Source of the DNA: an uncultured Actinomycetota bacterium
GTDB taxonomy: Bacteria > Actinomycetota > Actinomycetes > CAVWCF01
Length of the DNA: 64,000 nucleotides
Assembly (NCBI GenBank): GCA_963753435.1
Contig: CAVWCF010000001.1
Span: 1,088,001-1,152,000, forward strand
Reading direction: 5' to 3'
Shown here: piece by piece, positions 52,241 through 63,319 of the stretch
How positions within the stretch are numbered: the first letter of the stretch is position 1
How the letters are laid out: every line of letters starts with the position of its first letter
The notes under the pieces: generated by a model
The model's database searches: none
Told to the model about the DNA's origin: nothing
Seen by the model: only the letters and a program-made list of their open reading frames with translations
Position numbers and translations under genes: made by a program

Positions 52241-54103
52241 GTGGCCAAGGAAGTCGTCCAAGTCGATCGTGTGATCATCCGTTTCGCCGGCGACTCCGGT
52301 GACGGCATGCAGTTGACCGGAGACCGGTTCACCTCCGAGACCGCCGAGCTCGGCAACGACCTGTCGACGCTGCCCGACTTCCCGGCCGAGATCCGCGCAC
52401 CAGCGGGCACCCTGCCCGGCGTCAGCGCCTTCCAGTTGCACTTCGCCGATCACGACATCATGACCCCCGGCGACTCCCCGAACGTCCTGGTCGCCATGAA
52501 CCCGGCCGCCCTCAAGGCCAACCTCATGGACCTCCCCCGCGGCGCGGACCTGATCGTCAACACCGACGAGTTCACCAACCGGAACTTGGCGAAGGTCGGC
52601 TACACCGCCAACCCGTTGGAGGACGGCTCGCTGGAGGCGTACCGGGTCCACGCCCTGGCCCTGACGTCGATGACGGTCGAAGCCCTCAAGGACTTCGACA
52701 TCTCCAAGAAGGACGCCGAGCGTTCCAAGAACATGTTCGCCCTTGGCCTGCTGTCGTGGCTCTACAACCGGCCGACGGAGAGCACCGAGACGTTCCTCAA
52801 GCGCAAGTTCTCCAAGAAGCCGGAGATCCTCGCCGCCAACATCGCTGCGTTCTCGGCCGGCTGGAACTTCGGCGAGACCACCGAGGACTTCTCCGTCACC
52901 TACGAGGTCAAGCCCGCGCCGATGCCGGCGGGCACCTACCGCAACATCACCGGCAACCTGGCGCTGGCCTTCGGTCTGGCTGCGGCCGGTCAGCGCAGCG
53001 GACTGCCGGTGTTCCTGGGCACCTACCCGATCACCCCGGCTTCGGACATCCTGCACGAGCTCAGCAAGCTGAAGCGCTTCGACGTGACGACGTTCCAGGC
53101 CGAGGACGAGATCGCCGGCGTCGGCGCCGCACTGGGCGCATCCTTCGGCGGTTCGCTCGGTGTCACCACCACCTCCGGGCCCGGCATCGCGCTGAAGGCG
53201 GAGACGATCGGGCTGGCCGTCAGCCTGGAACTGCCGCTGCTCGTCGTCAACGTGCAGCGTGGTGGCCCGTCCACCGGGCTGCCGACCAAGACCGAGCAGT
53301 CGGACCTGCTGCAGGTGATGTTCGGACGCAACGGCGAGGCGCCGGTACCGATCGTCGCCGCCTGCTCGCCGGCGGACTGCTTCAACGCGGCCCTGGAGGC
53401 GGCGCGGATCGCCACCAAGTACCGCACCCCGGTGATCCTGCTGTCCGACGGTTACCTGGCCAACGGGTCGGAGCCATGGCGCATCCCGTCGGTGGAGTCG
53501 CTGCCGGACCTGACCGTGGAGTTCGCCACGGAGCCGAACCACACCGACGCCGACGGCCACCCCGAGTACTGGCCGTACCTGCGCGATCCGGAGACGCTGG
53601 CCCGGCCGTGGGCGGTGCCGGGGACCCCGGGTCTGGAGCACCGCATCGGCGGCCTGGAGAAGGCCGACGGCACCGGCAACGTCTCCTACGACCCGTACAA
53701 CCACGACCTGATGGTTCGCACCCGAGCCGCCAAGGTGGAGGGCATCGCCCGCGACATCCCGCCGCTGGAGGTGGACGACCCCTCCGGGCAGGCCCGAGTC
53801 CTGGTGCTGGGTTGGGGTTCCACCTACGGACCGATCGGCGCCGGCTGCAAGCGTGTCCGCCGGGAGGGTTTGGACGTCGCGCAAGCGCACCTGCGGCACC
53901 TCAACCCGTTCCCAGCCAACCTCGGCGAGGTGCTGGCGCGCTACGACCGCGTGCTCATCCCGGAGATGAACCTGGGCCAGTTGGCCCTGCTGATCCGCGG
54001 GCGCTACTTGGTCGACGCCATGAGTTACACCCAGGTGCGCGGCTTGCCGTTCCGTGCCTCCGAGCTGGCCGATGTGATCCGGGATGTGGTCAAGAATGTC
54101 TGA
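52241..54103 (+). CDS. korA: 2-oxoacid:ferredoxin oxidoreductase alpha subunit
   Basis: RFAGDSGDGMQLTG, PAEIR, YPITPAS, QAEDEI, TTTSGPG, QRGGPSTGLPTK; GTG at 52241. Confidence 0.95.
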   Translation: MAKEVVQVDRVIIRFAGDSGDGMQLTGDRFTSETAELGNDLSTLPDFPAEIRAPAGTLPGVSAFQLHFADHDIMTPGDSPNVLVAMNPAALKANLMDLPRGADLIVNTDEFTNRNLAKVGYTANPLEDGSLEAYRVHALALTSMTVEALKDFDISKKDAERSKNMFALGLLSWLYNRPTESTETFLKRKFSKKPEILAANIAAFSAGWNFGETTEDFSVTYEVKPAPMPAGTYRNITGNLALAFGLAAAGQRSGLPVFLGTYPITPASDILHELSKLKRFDVTTFQAEDEIAGVGAALGASFGGSLGVTTTSGPGIALKAETIGLAVSLELPLLVVNVQRGGPSTGLPTKTEQSDLLQVMFGRNGEAPVPIVAACSPADCFNAALEAARIATKYRTPVILLSDGYLANGSEPWRIPSVESLPDLTVEFATEPNHTDADGHPEYWPYLRDPETLARPWAVPGTPGLEHRIGGLEKADGTGNVSYDPYNHDLMVRTRAAKVEGIARDIPPLEVDDPSGQARVLVLGWGSTYGPIGAGCKRVRREGLDVAQAHLRHLNPFPANLGEVLARYDRVLIPEMNLGQLALLIRGRYLVDAMSYTQVRGLPFRASELADVIRDVVKNV

Positions 54104-55157
54104 GTCCGTGGACCTTGGATTCCCCGCGCTGGCGGCGGTGCCCAAGACCGATGAGCCGCAGAAGGCGAAGGACTTCAAGTCCGACCAGGAAGTCCGCTGG
54201 TGCCCCGGCTGCGGGGACTACGCGATCCTCGCGGCGATGCAGGGCTTCCTGCCCGAACTGGGCCTGAAGCGCGAGAACATCGTCTTCATCTCCGGAATCG
54301 GCTGCTCCTCGCGGTTCCCGTACTACATGAACACCTACGGCATGCACTCCATCCACGGTCGGGCTCCGGCCATTGCGACCGGGCTGGCGACCGCCCGGGA
54401 GGACCTGTCGGTGTGGGTGGTGACCGGTGACGGCGATGCGCTGTCCATCGGCGGCAACCACCTGATCCACGCCCTGCGCCGCAACGTCAACTTGAAGATC
54501 CTGCTGTTCAACAACCGCATCTACGGCCTGACCAAGGGGCAGTACTCGCCGACGTCGGAGACCGGCAAGGTCACCAAGTCGACGCCGTTCGGTTCGGTGG
54601 ATGCGCCGTTCAACCCGATCTCGTTGGCCCTGGGAGCAGAAGCCTCATTCGTCGCCCGCACCATCGACTCCGACCGCAAGCACCTGACCGAGGTGCTGCG
54701 TCAGGCCGCGGCGCACCCGGGTTCAGCGCTGGTGGAGATCTACCAGAACTGCAACATCTTCAACGACGGCGCGTTCGAGGTCCTCAAGGACTCCAGCAGC
54801 TCCCCGGACTACTTGATCCGGCTTGAGCACGGTCAACCGATCACTTTCGGCGCCGACGGCGAGCGCGGCGTCACCCGTGCCGCCGACGGGACCCTGCAGG
54901 TGGTCAACGTGGTCGAGGCGGGTACGGACGCGATCCTGGTTCACGACGCCAACGCCGTCGACCCGGGCCTGCAGTTCTCCCTGTCGCGCTTGGCCGACTC
55001 GCACACGTTGACCCAGACGCCGATCGGGGTCTTCCGGTCCGTGCTGCGCCCGACGTACGACGGCGCTGTCCGCGAGCAGGTCGCCGACGCCAAGGCGAAG
55101 GCGCCGGCCGACCTCGGTGCGCTGCTTGCCGGTTCGGACACCTGGACCGTGGCGTAG
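54096..55157 (+). CDS. korB: 2-oxoacid:ferredoxin oxidoreductase beta subunit
   Basis: WCPGCGD, SGIGCS, HGRAP, TPP motif GDGD..NN. Confidence 0.95.
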   Translation: MSESVDLGFPALAAVPKTDEPQKAKDFKSDQEVRWCPGCGDYAILAAMQGFLPELGLKRENIVFISGIGCSSRFPYYMNTYGMHSIHGRAPAIATGLATAREDLSVWVVTGDGDALSIGGNHLIHALRRNVNLKILLFNNRIYGLTKGQYSPTSETGKVTKSTPFGSVDAPFNPISLALGAEASFVARTIDSDRKHLTEVLRQAAAHPGSALVEIYQNCNIFNDGAFEVLKDSSSSPDYLIRLEHGQPITFGADGERGVTRAADGTLQVVNVVEAGTDAILVHDANAVDPGLQFSLSRLADSHTLTQTPIGVFRSVLRPTYDGAVREQVADAKAKAPADLGALLAGSDTWTVA

Positions 55158-55173
55158 CCGAGCCCGCCTGCCC

Positions 55174-55237
55174 ACCGCCTTGAATGCGGCTTTCTGACGA
55201 ATAGGCCGCGCCTGAGCCGTTCCATCCAACGGGACGG
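55174..55237 (+). repeat. dispersed REP-like element, copy 2
   Basis: accgccttgaatgcggctttctgacgaataggccgcgcctgagccgttccatccaacgggacgg; first 17 nt identical to copy 1. Confidence 0.8.
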
Positions 55238-55268
55238 TTGACCCACGCTGCGGCCGTAGGCTCGCGCA

Positions 55269-56192
55269 ATGCCGCCAGCGTCAGTCCAAAGCCGCGGCAT
55301 CCTCTTCGGGATCGGGTGTTACAGCCTGTGGGGCCTGTTCCCCCTGTACTTCCGCGCGATAGACGACGCCTCCGCAATTGAGATCCTCGCCCATCGGGTC
55401 GTGTGGTCACTCGCCTTCGTCGCGCTGGTACTGCTCATCCTGCGGCGGTGGTCATGGATCGGGCGCCTGCGCCAAGCACCGGGCAAGGTCGCGCTCCTGA
55501 GCCTGGCCGCCGGGGTGATCGCGATCAACTGGGGCGTCTACATCTGGGCGGTGAACAGCGGCAACGTCGTCGAGGCGTCGTTGGGCTACTTCATCAATCC
55601 GCTGGTGACCGTGATGCTCGGCGTGGTCCTGCTGCGGGAACGGCTGCGCCCGGGCCAGTGGGCAGCCGTTGGTCTCGGCCTCGTCGCGGTCGTCGTTTTG
55701 ACGTTCGACTACGGCCGCCTGCCCTGGATCGCGCTGGTCCTGGCGGGCTCCTTCGGCACCTACGGACTGATCAAGAAGACGGTCGGGCTACCCGGTGTGG
55801 AGTCGCTGGCGGTGGAGACCGCCGTCCTGTTCGTTCCGTTCCTCGTCTACCTGTTCGTCTTGGGCGGCAGTGGTGAGTTGGCCTTCGCCAGTGGCGACGC
55901 CGCGCTGACGGTGGGGTTGATCGCCGCCGGCCCGATCACGGCCATCCCGCTCATCCTGTTCGGCGCAGCGGCGATCCGGGTGCCCCTGTCGACGATGGGG
56001 CTGCTGCAGTACATAACCCCCGTGATCCAGTTCCTGCTGGGCATCACGGTGTTCGGCGAGGAGATGCCGCCATCTCGCTGGATCGGCTTCGGCCTGGTGT
56101 GGCTGGCTCTGGCCGTGCTCACCGTTGAGGGCTACCGCTCCCGCCGGCGCCGGATCCGCGGTACGGCCGTGCCTACCGCCGAGCCCATCTAG
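55269..56192 (+). CDS. rarD: EamA/DMT family transporter RarD
   Basis: LWGLFPLY, EILAHRVVWS, EASLGYFINPL, GLLQYITP. Confidence 0.95.
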   Translation: MPPASVQSRGILFGIGCYSLWGLFPLYFRAIDDASAIEILAHRVVWSLAFVALVLLILRRWSWIGRLRQAPGKVALLSLAAGVIAINWGVYIWAVNSGNVVEASLGYFINPLVTVMLGVVLLRERLRPGQWAAVGLGLVAVVVLTFDYGRLPWIALVLAGSFGTYGLIKKTVGLPGVESLAVETAVLFVPFLVYLFVLGGSGELAFASGDAALTVGLIAAGPITAIPLILFGAAAIRVPLSTMGLLQYITPVIQFLLGITVFGEEMPPSRWIGFGLVWLALAVLTVEGYRSRRRRIRGTAVPTAEPI

Positions 56193-56256
56193 GCCACCCA
56201 TCCGGTGAGACGGCGCAACCGCGGGCTATTCGCCAGAAAGCGGCATTCAAGGGGTT
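56193..56256 (-). repeat. dispersed REP-like element, copy 3 (inverted)
   Basis: Reverse complement aaccccttgaatgccgctttctggcgaatagcccgcggttgcgccgtctcacc aligns to copies 1 and 2. Confidence 0.8.
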
Positions 56257-56260
56257 GGGG

Positions 56261-57277
56261 CTAGGCGGTGCGGGTGGCCGCGGCGTCGGCCAGCGCCATG
56301 AGCGCCGCCTTGGCCGCGATGTCCGGCAACGGCGCCAGCGCCTCCTTCGCCGAGTCGGCCCAGTGCCGCAGGTCGGCCCGGGCCGCCTCCATCGCCTTGT
56401 TCGCGCGCAGCAACTGCAGCGCCTCGGCCACCTCGTCCTCGGCGGTCAGCGGACCGGGCAGGAGTTCCCGCAACCGGGCGTCAGCGGCGTCGGTCGAAGC
56501 CAGCGCGTGCAGAACCGGAAGCGTCGCTACCCCTTCGCGTAGGTCGGTGCCAGGCGTCTTGCCGGACTCGCCGGTGTCGCTGGCCACGTCCAACAGGTCA
56601 TCGGCCAGTTGGAAGGCAACCCCGAAGCGGCGACCGAACGCGGTCAACGCCGACACCGCCTCCGGCGGCGCTGCGGAGAGCATCGCGCCGAACTGCGCGG
56701 ACGTGGCAACCAGCGACCCGGTCTTCTCCTCCACCACCTGCAGGTAGTGCGCGAGCGGGTCGGCATCGCCGGCCCCCGCGGCCTCGCGGATCTGCCCGGT
56801 GACGAGCTCCTCGAACGTCTCCGCCTGGATCCGCACGGCCTCCGGCCCCAGGTCGGCCAGCAACTGCGAAGCCTTGGCGAACAACAAGTCCCCGGTCAGG
56901 ATGGCGATGCTGTTGCCCCAGCGGGCGTTGGCCGATTCCTCGCCACGGCGCAGCGGCGCCTCGTCCATCACGTCGTCGTGGTACAGCGTCGCCAGGTGCG
57001 TGAGTTCCACTACTACTGCGGCCGGCACCACTCCGGCTGCTTGCGGGTCGCCGAACTGCGCGGCCAGCAGTACCAACAGCGGGCGGAAGCGCTTGCCCCC
57101 GGCTTCGACCAGGTGCCGGGCGGCCTCGGCCACCACCGGGTGATCGCTGTGAACGGATGTCCGTAGCAGCTTCTCGACCGCAGCCAGGCCGTCAGCCAGG
57201 TCGGCTTCGAGCCGGTGGTCGACCGAAGCCAGACCCAGCGCCTGCAACGGATCGGCGGTCACGAAGTCCCCAGTCAC
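56261..57277 (-). CDS. polyprenyl diphosphate synthase (likely menaquinone side chain)
   Basis: GGKRFRP, HLATLYHDDVMD, RRG, KTGSL, FQLADDLLD, GKTPGTDLREG. Confidence 0.95.
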   Translation of the reverse strand: MTGDFVTADPLQALGLASVDHRLEADLADGLAAVEKLLRTSVHSDHPVVAEAARHLVEAGGKRFRPLLVLLAAQFGDPQAAGVVPAAVVVELTHLATLYHDDVMDEAPLRRGEESANARWGNSIAILTGDLLFAKASQLLADLGPEAVRIQAETFEELVTGQIREAAGAGDADPLAHYLQVVEEKTGSLVATSAQFGAMLSAAPPEAVSALTAFGRRFGVAFQLADDLLDVASDTGESGKTPGTDLREGVATLPVLHALASTDAADARLRELLPGPLTAEDEVAEALQLLRANKAMEAARADLRHWADSAKEALAPLPDIAAKAALMALADAAATRTA

Positions 57278-58815
57278 AGCAGGAAGGTCGACGCGGATTC
57301 GGCCACGTCCAGGAGCGGCTGCGGGAAGAGGCCGAGCAACAGCGTCAGAGCCGCCGCCGCCGACAACGCCGCCACCGTGAAGCCGCTGGGCACCACGACC
57401 CGGGGGCCGTCAGGAGCAGGTTCGGTGAAGAACATCAGCACGATCACGCGGACGTAGAAGAACGCCGCCACCGCGCTGGCCAGAACGCCGACCACAACCA
57501 GCCACCCGATGTCGCCATCGACGGCCGCGGCGAAGACGGCGAACTTGGCGGTGAACCCGCTGGTCAACGGAATGCCGGCCGCGGCCAGCAGGAACAATCC
57601 GAACAGGCCGGCCACCAGCGGGGACCGCTTGCCCAGTCCGGCCCACTGCGACAGGTGCGTCGCTTCGCCGGCGCTGTCACGAACCAGCGTGACCACCCCG
57701 AAGGCGCCCAGGGTGCTGAACCCGTAGGCCAACAGGTAGAAGAGCACCGACGACGTGCCCTGGTTGGTGGCGGCAGAGACGCCGACCAGGATGAACCCGG
57801 CATGGGCCACCGACGAGTAGGCCAGCAGCCGCTTGATGTCGGTCTGGGTCAGCGCCACGACCGTGCCCACGACCATCGAGATGACCGCGACCAGGGCCAG
57901 CACGGGTTGCCAGTCCCAGCGAATGCCACCGAGGGCGACGTAGAAGACGCGCAGCAACGCCACAAACGCCGCGACCTTGGTGACCGACGCCATGTAGGCG
58001 GTGATCGGGGTGGGGGCGCCTTGGTAGACGTCCGGCGACCAGGAGTGGAACGGCGCCGCACCGACCTTGAAGAGGAGGCCGACGCCCATGAGCGCCGCCC
58101 CTCCGTACAGCAGGGGGTCCCGCTCGACCGTGCCGGACAGTGAGGCACCGATGGCGGCCAGGTCCAGCGAACCGGAGAAGCCGTACAGCAGCGCCGAACC
58201 GAAGAGCAGGAACGCCGAGGAGAACGCCCCGAGGATGAAGTACTTAAGGGCGGCTTCCTGGCTGATGAGCCGACGGCGCCGCGCCATGGCGGTGAGCACG
58301 TACAGCGGCAGGCTCAGCACCTCGATGGCGACAAAGAGGATCAGCAGGTCGCCGGCGGTGGCCAGCATGAGCATGCCGCCGGTTGCGAACAGCGTCAGCG
58401 GGTAGACCTCAGTAGCGGTCACACCCTTGGTGAGCACGGCACGTTCGGCTGCGCTGCCGGGGGCGATGGCCGCCTGCGGCGCGAAGGCGTCACCGCTTGG
58501 GTCCACCTCGCGTTCGGCGATCAGGGCGAGGGCCGCCAGCGTCAACGCGACGATCGTGCCCTGGGCGAACAGCGCCGGGCCGTCGGCCACCACTGAACCG
58601 CCGGCGGTCACCACATAGGCACCGGCCTGGGCCAGCACCATCACACCGGCGACTGCCACGGAACCGAACGCGAACGACAGTTGGGCGGTCCGGCGCAGCG
58701 GTCGCGGCAAGAACACCTCGGCGAGCAGGCCCAGCAGGGCCGACACCAGGACGATGACCGCGGGGCCCAGCGCCAGGTAGTCCAGCGCGGGCAGGGAAAC
58801 GTCGGCGATCCTCAT
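57274..58815 (-). CDS. nuoN: NADH-quinone oxidoreductase subunit N
   Basis: EVLSLPLY, EAALKYF, FKVGAAPFHSWSPDVYQGAP. Confidence 0.97.
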   Translation of the reverse strand: MRIADVSLPALDYLALGPAVIVLVSALLGLLAEVFLPRPLRRTAQLSFAFGSVAVAGVMVLAQAGAYVVTAGGSVVADGPALFAQGTIVALTLAALALIAEREVDPSGDAFAPQAAIAPGSAAERAVLTKGVTATEVYPLTLFATGGMLMLATAGDLLILFVAIEVLSLPLYVLTAMARRRRLISQEAALKYFILGAFSSAFLLFGSALLYGFSGSLDLAAIGASLSGTVERDPLLYGGAALMGVGLLFKVGAAPFHSWSPDVYQGAPTPITAYMASVTKVAAFVALLRVFYVALGGIRWDWQPVLALVAVISMVVGTVVALTQTDIKRLLAYSSVAHAGFILVGVSAATNQGTSSVLFYLLAYGFSTLGAFGVVTLVRDSAGEATHLSQWAGLGKRSPLVAGLFGLFLLAAAGIPLTSGFTAKFAVFAAAVDGDIGWLVVVGVLASAVAAFFYVRVIVLMFFTEPAPDGPRVVVPSGFTVAALSAAAALTLLLGLFPQPLLDVAESASTFLL

Positions 58816-60341
58816 CGTTGGCCACCCGCCACTGGTACGACCGGCTCGGGCTGTTCGACGTCGAGATAGCTGATGGTCTGCTCCACTGCCGGGTTGATGA
58901 CGTCGAGCACCGGCTTGGGATAGAAGCCCAAACCGATGATCGCGGCGATCAGCGGCGCAACGACGATCGCCTCACGAAGGTTCAGATCCGTGAAGCCGCG
59001 CACCGCCTCAACGGCCGGACCGGTGTTGATCCGCTTGACCATGACCAGGATGTACAGCGCCGCGAGGATGATTCCGGATGTGGCGATCGCGGCGATCCAC
59101 GGGTAGCGCAAGTACGTGCCGGCCAGCACCAGGAACTCACTCACGAAGCTGCCCATGCCCGGCAGCGCCAGGCTGGACAGGCCCGCGACCAGGAACGTGC
59201 CCGCCAGGAGCGGGGCGATTCGCTGCACGCCACCGAAGTCGGCGATCAACTTGGACCCGCGTCGCGAGATCAGGAACCCGGCGATCAGGAACAGCGCGGC
59301 GGTGGAGAAGCCGTGGTTGACCATGTAGAGCGTCGAACCGGATTGGCCGACCACCGTGAACGCGAAGATGCCGAGCACGATGAAGCCGAAGTGGCTGACC
59401 GACGTGTACGCGATCAACCGCTGCATGTCGGACTGGCCGATGGCCACCAGCGCCCCGTAGATGATCCCGACCACCGCCAGCGTGATCGCCAGCGGCGCGT
59501 AGAACTCCGAGGCGTCGGGGAAGATCGGCAGCAGGTACCGCAGCATGGCGAACGTGCCGACCTTGTCGAGGATGCCGACCAAGAGCACTGCCGCCGCCGG
59601 GGTTCCTTCGGACGCCGCCGTCGGCAACCAGGTGTGTACCGGCCACAGGGGCGCCTTGACCGCGAAGGCGAAGAAGAAGCCGAGGAACAGCAACTTCTGC
59701 GTGCCTTCGTCGATGTCCAGGCCGGCGAGCGCGAAGAAGTCGAACGTGCCGCTGGGCAGTTCCTGCGCGGACACCACATAAAGGCCGATCAGCGCCGCCA
59801 GCAGCACCAAGCCACCGAGCAGGCTGTAGAGCAGGAACTTCACCGCCGCGTAGGAGCGGTGCGGCCCGCCGTACCGGCCGATCAGGAAGTACATCGGCAG
59901 CAGCATCGCTTCGAACAGCACGTAGAAGAGGAACAGGTCGGTGGCGGCGAAGACGCCGAGCACCAGGGCCTCCAGCGCCAGCATGAGCGCGAAGTACCCC
60001 TTGACGCTGCCGCGGGAGTCGTCGGCGTCGTTCCAGCCGGCCAGGATGACCACCGGGACCAGCACGGTTGTGAGCGCGAGCAGCACCAGAGCGATGCCGT
60101 CCACGCCGACGCTGAACGAAGCACCGAACGACGGGATCCAGCTGTAGCTCTCCGTGAACTGGAAGCCGCCGTTGGCGTCGTACTGCAAGGCCATGGCGAT
60201 CGTCAGGGCCAGGGGAACCAGCGAGAAGACCAACGCCAGTTGCTTGGCCCGCTGAACGGACTCGCGCGGTAGCGCGGCCAGCACCCCCGCGCCCAGCAGC
60301 GGGGTCACGATGATGGCGATCAGCCACGGGAAGTCGCTCAT
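58812..60341 (-). CDS. nuoM: NADH-quinone oxidoreductase subunit M
   Basis: [39 protein letters not shown]. Confidence 0.97.
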   Translation of the reverse strand: MSDFPWLIAIIVTPLLGAGVLAALPRESVQRAKQLALVFSLVPLALTIAMALQYDANGGFQFTESYSWIPSFGASFSVGVDGIALVLLALTTVLVPVVILAGWNDADDSRGSVKGYFALMLALEALVLGVFAATDLFLFYVLFEAMLLPMYFLIGRYGGPHRSYAAVKFLLYSLLGGLVLLAALIGLYVVSAQELPSGTFDFFALAGLDIDEGTQKLLFLGFFFAFAVKAPLWPVHTWLPTAASEGTPAAAVLLVGILDKVGTFAMLRYLLPIFPDASEFYAPLAITLAVVGIIYGALVAIGQSDMQRLIAYTSVSHFGFIVLGIFAFTVVGQSGSTLYMVNHGFSTAALFLIAGFLISRRGSKLIADFGGVQRIAPLLAGTFLVAGLSSLALPGMGSFVSEFLVLAGTYLRYPWIAAIATSGIILAALYILVMVKRINTGPAVEAVRGFTDLNLREAIVVAPLIAAIIGLGFYPKPVLDVINPAVEQTISYLDVEQPEPVVPVAGGQR

Positions 60342-62257
60342 AGCCGCACCAACACAAAGGCCACAACGAGCACCAGGGCACCGCTGAAGATGGTCAAGGC
60401 ATAACTACGGGCGAACCCGGTCTGCAGTCGGCGCATCCGGCTGCTCAGGCCGCCGAATACCGCCGCCGTTCCGTTGACCGCACCGTCGACGATCCGGTTG
60501 TCGGCGAACACCAGCGTGCGCACCGAGTACTGGCCCGGGCGCATGAACACCGCTTCGTTGAACGCATCGCCGTACAGGTCGCGACGAGCAGCAACGGTCA
60601 GCGGGGCGCCAAGCGGCGGGGTGACCGGGACTTCGCGGCGCCCGTACAAGTAGACGGCGGCCAGGACCCCGACGGCGCTCACGCCCAGCGTCAGTGCCGT
60701 GATCACCGGTATGGACAGCGGTGGATCGGGCTCGACGAATCCGGTCACCGGCTCCAGGAACTTTTCGAACCGGTTGCCGGCGTTGAGGAACCAGCCGATA
60801 CCGGCCGCGCCCACCGCCAAAACGGTCACCGGGATCAGCATCACCGCTGGGGACTCGTGGGGGTGGGCGTCGTCGCGCCAGCGGCGCGGGCCGAAGAAGG
60901 TCATCACCACGACGCGTGTCATGTAGAAGGCGGTGATGCCGGCGACGAGCACGGTCAGGATCCCCAGCACCCACGACTCGCTGAACGCCGCTTCGATGAT
61001 CTTGTCCTTGCTGAAGAAGCCCGCGAACGGCGGCACACCGATGATCGCCAGGTAACCGACGAAGAACGTTGCGAACGTCCACGGCATGGCCGAGCGCAGG
61101 CCGCCGTAGCGACGCATGTCGGTCTCGTCGTTCATGCCGTGCATTACCGACCCGGCACCGAGGAACAGATCCGCCTTGAACCAGCCGTGCGTCATCAGGT
61201 GGAAGATGGCGAAGACGTAGCCGACCGGACCCAGACCAGCAGCCAGGACCATGTAGCCGATCTGGCTCATGGTGGAGGCGGCCAGCGCCTTCTTGATGTC
61301 GTCCTTGGCCATACCGATGATCGCGCCGAAGACCAGCGTGACCGCGCCCACAATCACGACCGCCAGTTGCGCATCGGGGGCGAGGTTGAAGATCGCGGCC
61401 GACCGCACGATCAGGTAGACGCCCGCGGTCACCATCGTCGCCGCGTGGATCAGCGCCGACACGGGCGTCGGACCGGCCATCGCGTCGAGCAACCAGGACT
61501 GCAGCGGCACCTGGGCGCTCTTGCCGCACGCCGCCAGCAACAGCAGCAGGCCGATGACGGTCAGCGTCGTCTGGCTGGCCTCTTCGGCACCGGTGAAGAC
61601 CCCGGTGAAGGCGACCGTGCCGAACGTGGCGAACATGGCCATCACCGCGATGGACAGACCGAAGTCGCCGACGCGGTTCACGATGAACGCCTTGTTCGCC
61701 GCGGTGGCGTACTCCGGCTTGTGGTTCCAGAACCCGATCAGCAGGAACGACGCCAACCCGACGCCTTCCCAACCGACGTACAGGGCCAGGAAGTTGTCCG
61801 CCAGCACCAGCAGCAGCATCGCGGCGACGAAGAGGTTCAGGTAGGCGAAGAAGCGTCGCCGCTCGGGGTCCTCGGCCATGTAGCCGATCGAGTAGACGTG
61901 GATCAGGAAGCCGACCACGGTGATGAGCAGGACGAAGACCATCGACAACGGGTCCAGCAGGATCCCCGCGTCCACCTCGAACGTGCCGGCGATGACCCAT
62001 TCGTACAGCGACTGACTGATCGCCCGGTCTTCCACCGGCTGCCCGAGCATCTGGGCGAACAGCACCAGGCCCAATGCCGCCGATGCCAGGACCGTGCCGG
62101 AGCCGAGCCAGTGCCCCCAGGCATTGGTACGCCGCCCGCCGAGCAAGAGCACCGCCGCACCGGCCAGGGGCAGGGCGATCAGCAGCCAGGTGAGCGTGAA
62201 GACGCCCTCGGCCGGCGCAGCGACCAGCTGCTCGGCACCCGACAGTGCGATGGACAC
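60338..62257 (-). CDS. nuoL: NADH-quinone oxidoreductase subunit L
   Basis: [38 protein letters not shown]. Confidence 0.97.
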   Translation of the reverse strand: MSIALSGAEQLVAAPAEGVFTLTWLLIALPLAGAAVLLLGGRRTNAWGHWLGSGTVLASAALGLVLFAQMLGQPVEDRAISQSLYEWVIAGTFEVDAGILLDPLSMVFVLLITVVGFLIHVYSIGYMAEDPERRRFFAYLNLFVAAMLLLVLADNFLALYVGWEGVGLASFLLIGFWNHKPEYATAANKAFIVNRVGDFGLSIAVMAMFATFGTVAFTGVFTGAEEASQTTLTVIGLLLLLAACGKSAQVPLQSWLLDAMAGPTPVSALIHAATMVTAGVYLIVRSAAIFNLAPDAQLAVVIVGAVTLVFGAIIGMAKDDIKKALAASTMSQIGYMVLAAGLGPVGYVFAIFHLMTHGWFKADLFLGAGSVMHGMNDETDMRRYGGLRSAMPWTFATFFVGYLAIIGVPPFAGFFSKDKIIEAAFSESWVLGILTVLVAGITAFYMTRVVVMTFFGPRRWRDDAHPHESPAVMLIPVTVLAVGAAGIGWFLNAGNRFEKFLEPVTGFVEPDPPLSIPVITALTLGVSAVGVLAAVYLYGRREVPVTPPLGAPLTVAARRDLYGDAFNEAVFMRPGQYSVRTLVFADNRIVDGAVNGTAAVFGGLSSRMRRLQTGFARSYALTIFSGALVLVVAFVLVRL

Positions 62258-62267
62258 AGACTTCCCC

Positions 62268-62567
62268 TCAGTACTTCAGCAAGTTGACGTCGTCGATCGA
62301 TGCGGACCTGCGCGTGCGGAAGATCATCACGATGATCGAGAGCCCCACGACTACCTCCGCCGCGGCGACCACCATCACGAAGAACGCGAAGATCTGCCCG
62401 TCGATCGTTCCGGTGGATCGGGCAAAGGTGACCAGCGCCAGGTTGCAGGCGTTCAGCATCAACTCGATGGACATGAACGCCACGATCGCGTTGCGGCGCA
62501 GCAGCACCCCGGTCGCACCGATGGTGAAGATCAGCGCGGAGACGGTCAGATAGGCATCGGGGCTCAC
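62268..62567 (-). CDS. nuoK: NADH-quinone oxidoreductase subunit K
   Basis: [27 protein letters not shown]. Confidence 0.97.
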   Translation of the reverse strand: MSPDAYLTVSALIFTIGATGVLLRRNAIVAFMSIELMLNACNLALVTFARSTGTIDGQIFAFFVMVVAAAEVVVGLSIIVMIFRTRRSASIDDVNLLKY

Positions 62568-63319
62568 GCGTCCTCCCCCCGATCAAGACGACGCTGCAGG
62601 TCCTCCGCGTCGGTGGCGACGCTGCGCGGTTCACCAAGTTGCTCCGGCACGGACTCCGGCGAAGCGGTGCCGTCGGGCAGCAGCGCCGGCGTGTCCACGC
62701 TGTTGTGCCGGGCGAACACGCCGGGGTTGGGCAGCGGCGAGAACCGGCCGGAGCGGATGCGTCGCTCCGCCATCTCCCGTTGCGTGAGCTTGGGTTCCAG
62801 CCGCTCCCGGTACGCCAGGACCATGGCGCCAACGGCGGCGGTGACCAGCAGCGCACCGATGACTTCGAAGGCCCAGATGTAGCGACCGAAGACGGCTTCG
62901 GCGATGGCCTGCACATTGCCGCCGGCCGCGGAGTTGACCGCCTCGATGCCTACGGGCTCGCCGAGGGTGGCGCGGCTGAGCAGGCCGACCAGGAGGATCC
63001 CGAAGCCGAGTCCCAGCAGTACCCCGGCGACTCGCTGCCCGGGCAAGGTTTCGACCAGGGAGTCGGACGCGTCGACGCCGACAAGCATCAGGACGAACAG
63101 GAACAGCATCATGATCGCGCCGGTGTAGACGACGACCTGGACGACGCCGAGGAAGACCGCCCCCTGCATTACGTACAGACCAGCCAGGTTGATCATCGCC
63201 AGCGCGACCCACAGCGCCGCGTGCACGGCCTTGCGGGAGAAGAGCATCATCAGCGCCGAGCCGACGGCCAGACCCGACAACGTCCAGAACGCGACCTGGG
63301 TGCCGATGGATGCGCTCAC
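62564..63319 (-). CDS. nuoJ: NADH-quinone oxidoreductase subunit J
   Basis: [32 protein letters not shown]; GTG at 63319. Confidence 0.95.
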   Translation of the reverse strand: MSASIGTQVAFWTLSGLAVGSALMMLFSRKAVHAALWVALAMINLAGLYVMQGAVFLGVVQVVVYTGAIMMLFLFVLMLVGVDASDSLVETLPGQRVAGVLLGLGFGILLVGLLSRATLGEPVGIEAVNSAAGGNVQAIAEAVFGRYIWAFEVIGALLVTAAVGAMVLAYRERLEPKLTQREMAERRIRSGRFSPLPNPGVFARHNSVDTPALLPDGTASPESVPEQLGEPRSVATDAEDLQRRLDRGEDA

